A stretch of DNA of 64,000 nucleotides from Heteronotia binoei. Lineage: Eukaryota. The position numbers and the translations under genes were made by a program. The notes under the pieces are model-generated. The model did no database searches. It was given only the letters and a program-made list of their open reading frames with translations, and was not told where the DNA came from. The stretch is taken from NCBI RefSeq assembly GCF_032191835.1, contig NC_083224.1:156984001-157048000 (forward strand), given 5' to 3'. Position 1 is the first letter of the stretch. Each line of letters opens with the position of its first letter. Positions 61,154 through 64,000 of the stretch are shown piece after piece.

Positions 61154-64000
61154 TTATTTATACCCCGCCCTCCCCACCGAGGCAGGCTCAGGGCGGCTTA
61201 CAGAGTGTGGCAAAAGCCATGTTAAACAATAAAACAGTTATACATTTCAGTACCATTTAAAATTACCATTAAATTTACATAATATATATTTATTTAGCTA
61301 AGTTTGATATATGTTAAGATACCTGATTTTTATTGCATGAGTTTTTCCTGTATCATTAGGATTAGCATCTGCTTACATTTATCAAATTCTTGCCTAATAA
61401 AAAGAATTACATTTTATTTTAAATAAAACCATTCACTCAAATAAAAATCTAAAATCAATCTAAAATAATCTTATCTTATTGCTAACTCGATTGTTGATGT
61501 TAGTGATGGCATGGTGTTCATTTCAGGTTTCATCTTGGAAGGCTAGCTGGAAGAGGGCGGTTTTGCACGCCCTACGGAATTGGCTAATGTCCCGTAGGGC
61601 CCGCACCTCTTCCGGCAGCTGATTCCACCATTGGGGTGCTTTTATAGAGAAGGCCTGTTCTCTGGTTATTTTTAGTTTGGCCTCCTTTGGCCCAGGTACT
61701 TCCAGAAGGTTTTGTGAGCTGGATCGCAGTGCTCTCTGGGGAACATATGGAGAAAGGCGGTCCCTAAGGTAAACAGGTCCTTGGCCATATAGGGCCTTAA
61801 AGGTAATAACCAGCACCTTGTAACGAACTCGGTAAATAACTGGCAGCCAATGCAGTTCCCGCAGCCCAGCCCGCACATGTTCCCACCGAGGTAGGCCCAA
61901 TAGCAGTCTGGCTGCTGCATTCTGCACTAGCTGCAGCTTCCGGCTTCGGCACAGGGGCAGCCCCATGTAGAGGGCATTACAGTAGTCTAGCCTCGAGGTG
62001 ACCGTTGCATGGATCACTGTTGCCAGGTCATTGCGCTCCAGGAAGGGAGCCAACTGCCTTGCCCGCCTAAGGTGGAAAAAGGCGGATTTGGCAGTGGCTG
62101 CTATCTGGCCCTCCATTGTCAAGGAAGACTCCAGTAGCACTCCCAAGCTCCTGACCCTGCACACTGGTATCAGTGACGCACCGTCAAAAGCTGGAAGGGA
62201 GATCCCTCCCTCCAGACCACCACGCCCTAGACAAAGGACCTCTGTCTTCGCTGGATTCAGTTTCAGCCCACTCGACCTGATCCAGTCTGCCACGGCTTGC
62301 AGTGCCCGGTCCAGGTTTATAGGAACATCGGCAGCCCAGCCGTCCATCAATAGATAGAGCTGGGTGTCATCCGCGTACTGGTGACAACCCAGCCCATATC
62401 TCCGGGCAATCTGGGCAAGGGGGCGCATGTAGATGTTAAATAACATCGGGGAGAGAACTGCTCCCTGAGGCACCCCACAGTTGAGTGAGTGTCTCTGGGA
62501 CAGCTCCCCCCCAATTGCCACCCTTTGTCCCCGACCCTCCAGGAAAGAGGAAAGCCATTGCAAGGCTAGCCCCTGAATCCCTGCGTTGGCGAGGCGGCAG
62601 GCCAGCAGCCGGTGGTTGACCATATCGAACGTGGCCGAAAGGTCTAACAACAGCAATACTGCCATACCGCCTCAGTCCAGGTGTCGCCAGAGATCATCCA
62701 TGAGGGCGACCAGAACCGTCTCTGTCCCATGGCCCGGGCGGAAGCCGGACTGGAATGGATCCAAAGTGGAAGTGTCATCCAGAAAGCTCTGTAACTGCAA
62801 CACCACAGCCCTCTCTATAACCTTGCCCAAAAAGGGCAAGTTTGAGACTGGCCGGTAGTGAGCCAATTCGGCCGGGTCTGATGTAGCTTTTTTCAGGAGG
62901 GGGCGGACCACTGCCTCTTTCAGAGGGGTTGGAAAAGAACCCTCCGAAAGAGATCTATTTATGATGTCCCTTATAGGACATCTCAGCTCCTCCTGGCAGC
63001 TTTAATTAGCCAGGAAGGGCACGGGTCCAGATCACAAGTTGTTGGGCATGCAGTAGAGAGGATCCTGTCAACCTCCTCTAGGTCGAGCGGGTTGAAACGG
63101 TCCAGGATCAAACCAGAAGACAGGCACGGAGCCTCAAGTTCACATACTGTATCTAATATGGCGGGGCAGTCATGGCGGAGCGACTGGACTTTGTCTGCAA
63201 AGAATTTCACGAATGCCTCACAGCCTATCTCTAATTCCTTAACATTTGGTTTGCCTTGTGGCAATGTAGTAAGGTTCCGAATTATCTTAAATAATTGTGC
63301 CGGGCGCGAATTTGCAGACGCAATCTTAGCCGCAAAGTATGTTTTCTTTGTGGCTTTGACTGCCATCTCATAGGACCTCATAAACTTTTTATAAGATGCT
63401 CTAGCCGCTTTGTCATGAGTACGCCGCCATTGCCTCTCTAGCCGTCTGAGGCCTTGTTTCAGCTGGCATAGTTCTGGGGTATACCACAGTGCCAGCCTAG
63501 TCCGGGGTCACAGAGGGCGCCGGGGTGCGATCTCATCAATGGCTGTGGAAAGCCAGCTATGCCAGGTCTCGACCAGGTCATTGAGGGAATCGCCAGAAGG
63601 CCAGGGATCCCGCAGAGCCATTTGGAACCGTTCCGGGTCCATCTGGCTTCGCGGGCGAGCCATAATGCGCTCGTCGCCTAGACAGGTTTGGCGTGGAGCG
63701 TCCACACGAGCCCTAAGAGCGAGGTGGTCCGACCATGGCACCGCTTTTGCGATTATATCGTCCACCATAACCCCGGCCGCAAAGATCAGGTCTAACGTGT
63801 GCCCGGCCTGATCCGTGGGAGATGTAACAAATTGAGAGAGCCCTAGCATCGCCATGGAAGACACTAGGTCCGTCGCCAGACTAGAGGCCGGGTCATCCGC
63901 ATGGACGTTGAAGTCACCCAGGATCACCAGCCTTCGGTGCTCCAACACCCAGCCTGCCACAGCCTCGAGCAGGGACGGTAAGGCGCCGGCTGGTGCGCTA
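61076..64000 (-). mobile_element. Disrupted L2 copy running out of the window
   Basis: Minus ORFs 63508-63960 (GDFNVH, SDH), 62983-63381, 62672-62911 and 61523-62665 (YADD) are pieces of ORF2 broken by TGA stops and a 1-bp deletion near 63000. 3' stem-loop at ~61165-61200 and a long (ATT)n tail at 61076-61150. Confidence 0.93.

Overview
This is a 64 kb, transposon-dense, non-genic (intronic or intergenic) window from a vertebrate. The repeat families (Sauria SINE, Squam3/MIR-type SINEs, squamate-type L2 and CR1) point to a squamate reptile, probably a gecko; this is inference. I could not recognise any cellular protein-coding exon. The main feature is an apparently full-length L2-clade LINE (about 48481-53118, +). 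It has an uninterrupted APE-endonuclease/reverse-transcriptase ORF (991 aa from ATG 49900), a ~1.4 kb CpG-rich leader with splice-like signals, a 3' stem-loop and a (TAAA)n tail. Two disrupted copies of a sister L2 lineage lie on the minus strand (24065-26007 and 61076 to beyond 64000). Also present are older L2 and CR1 fragments and many non-autonomous hAT elements, several with perfect 8-bp TSDs. Other elements: a TA-flanked pogo/Tc2-like MITE built as a palindrome of palindromes; a 2.2 kb Harbinger-like element holding a copy of nearby sequence; tRNA-derived SINEs; a 5S-rRNA-derived SINE with a Bov-B-like tail; Penelope-like terminal-repeat remnants with decayed hammerhead-ribozyme cores; and a probable solo LTR. 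Family names come from remembered motifs, not database searches. Boundaries without TSDs are approximate.
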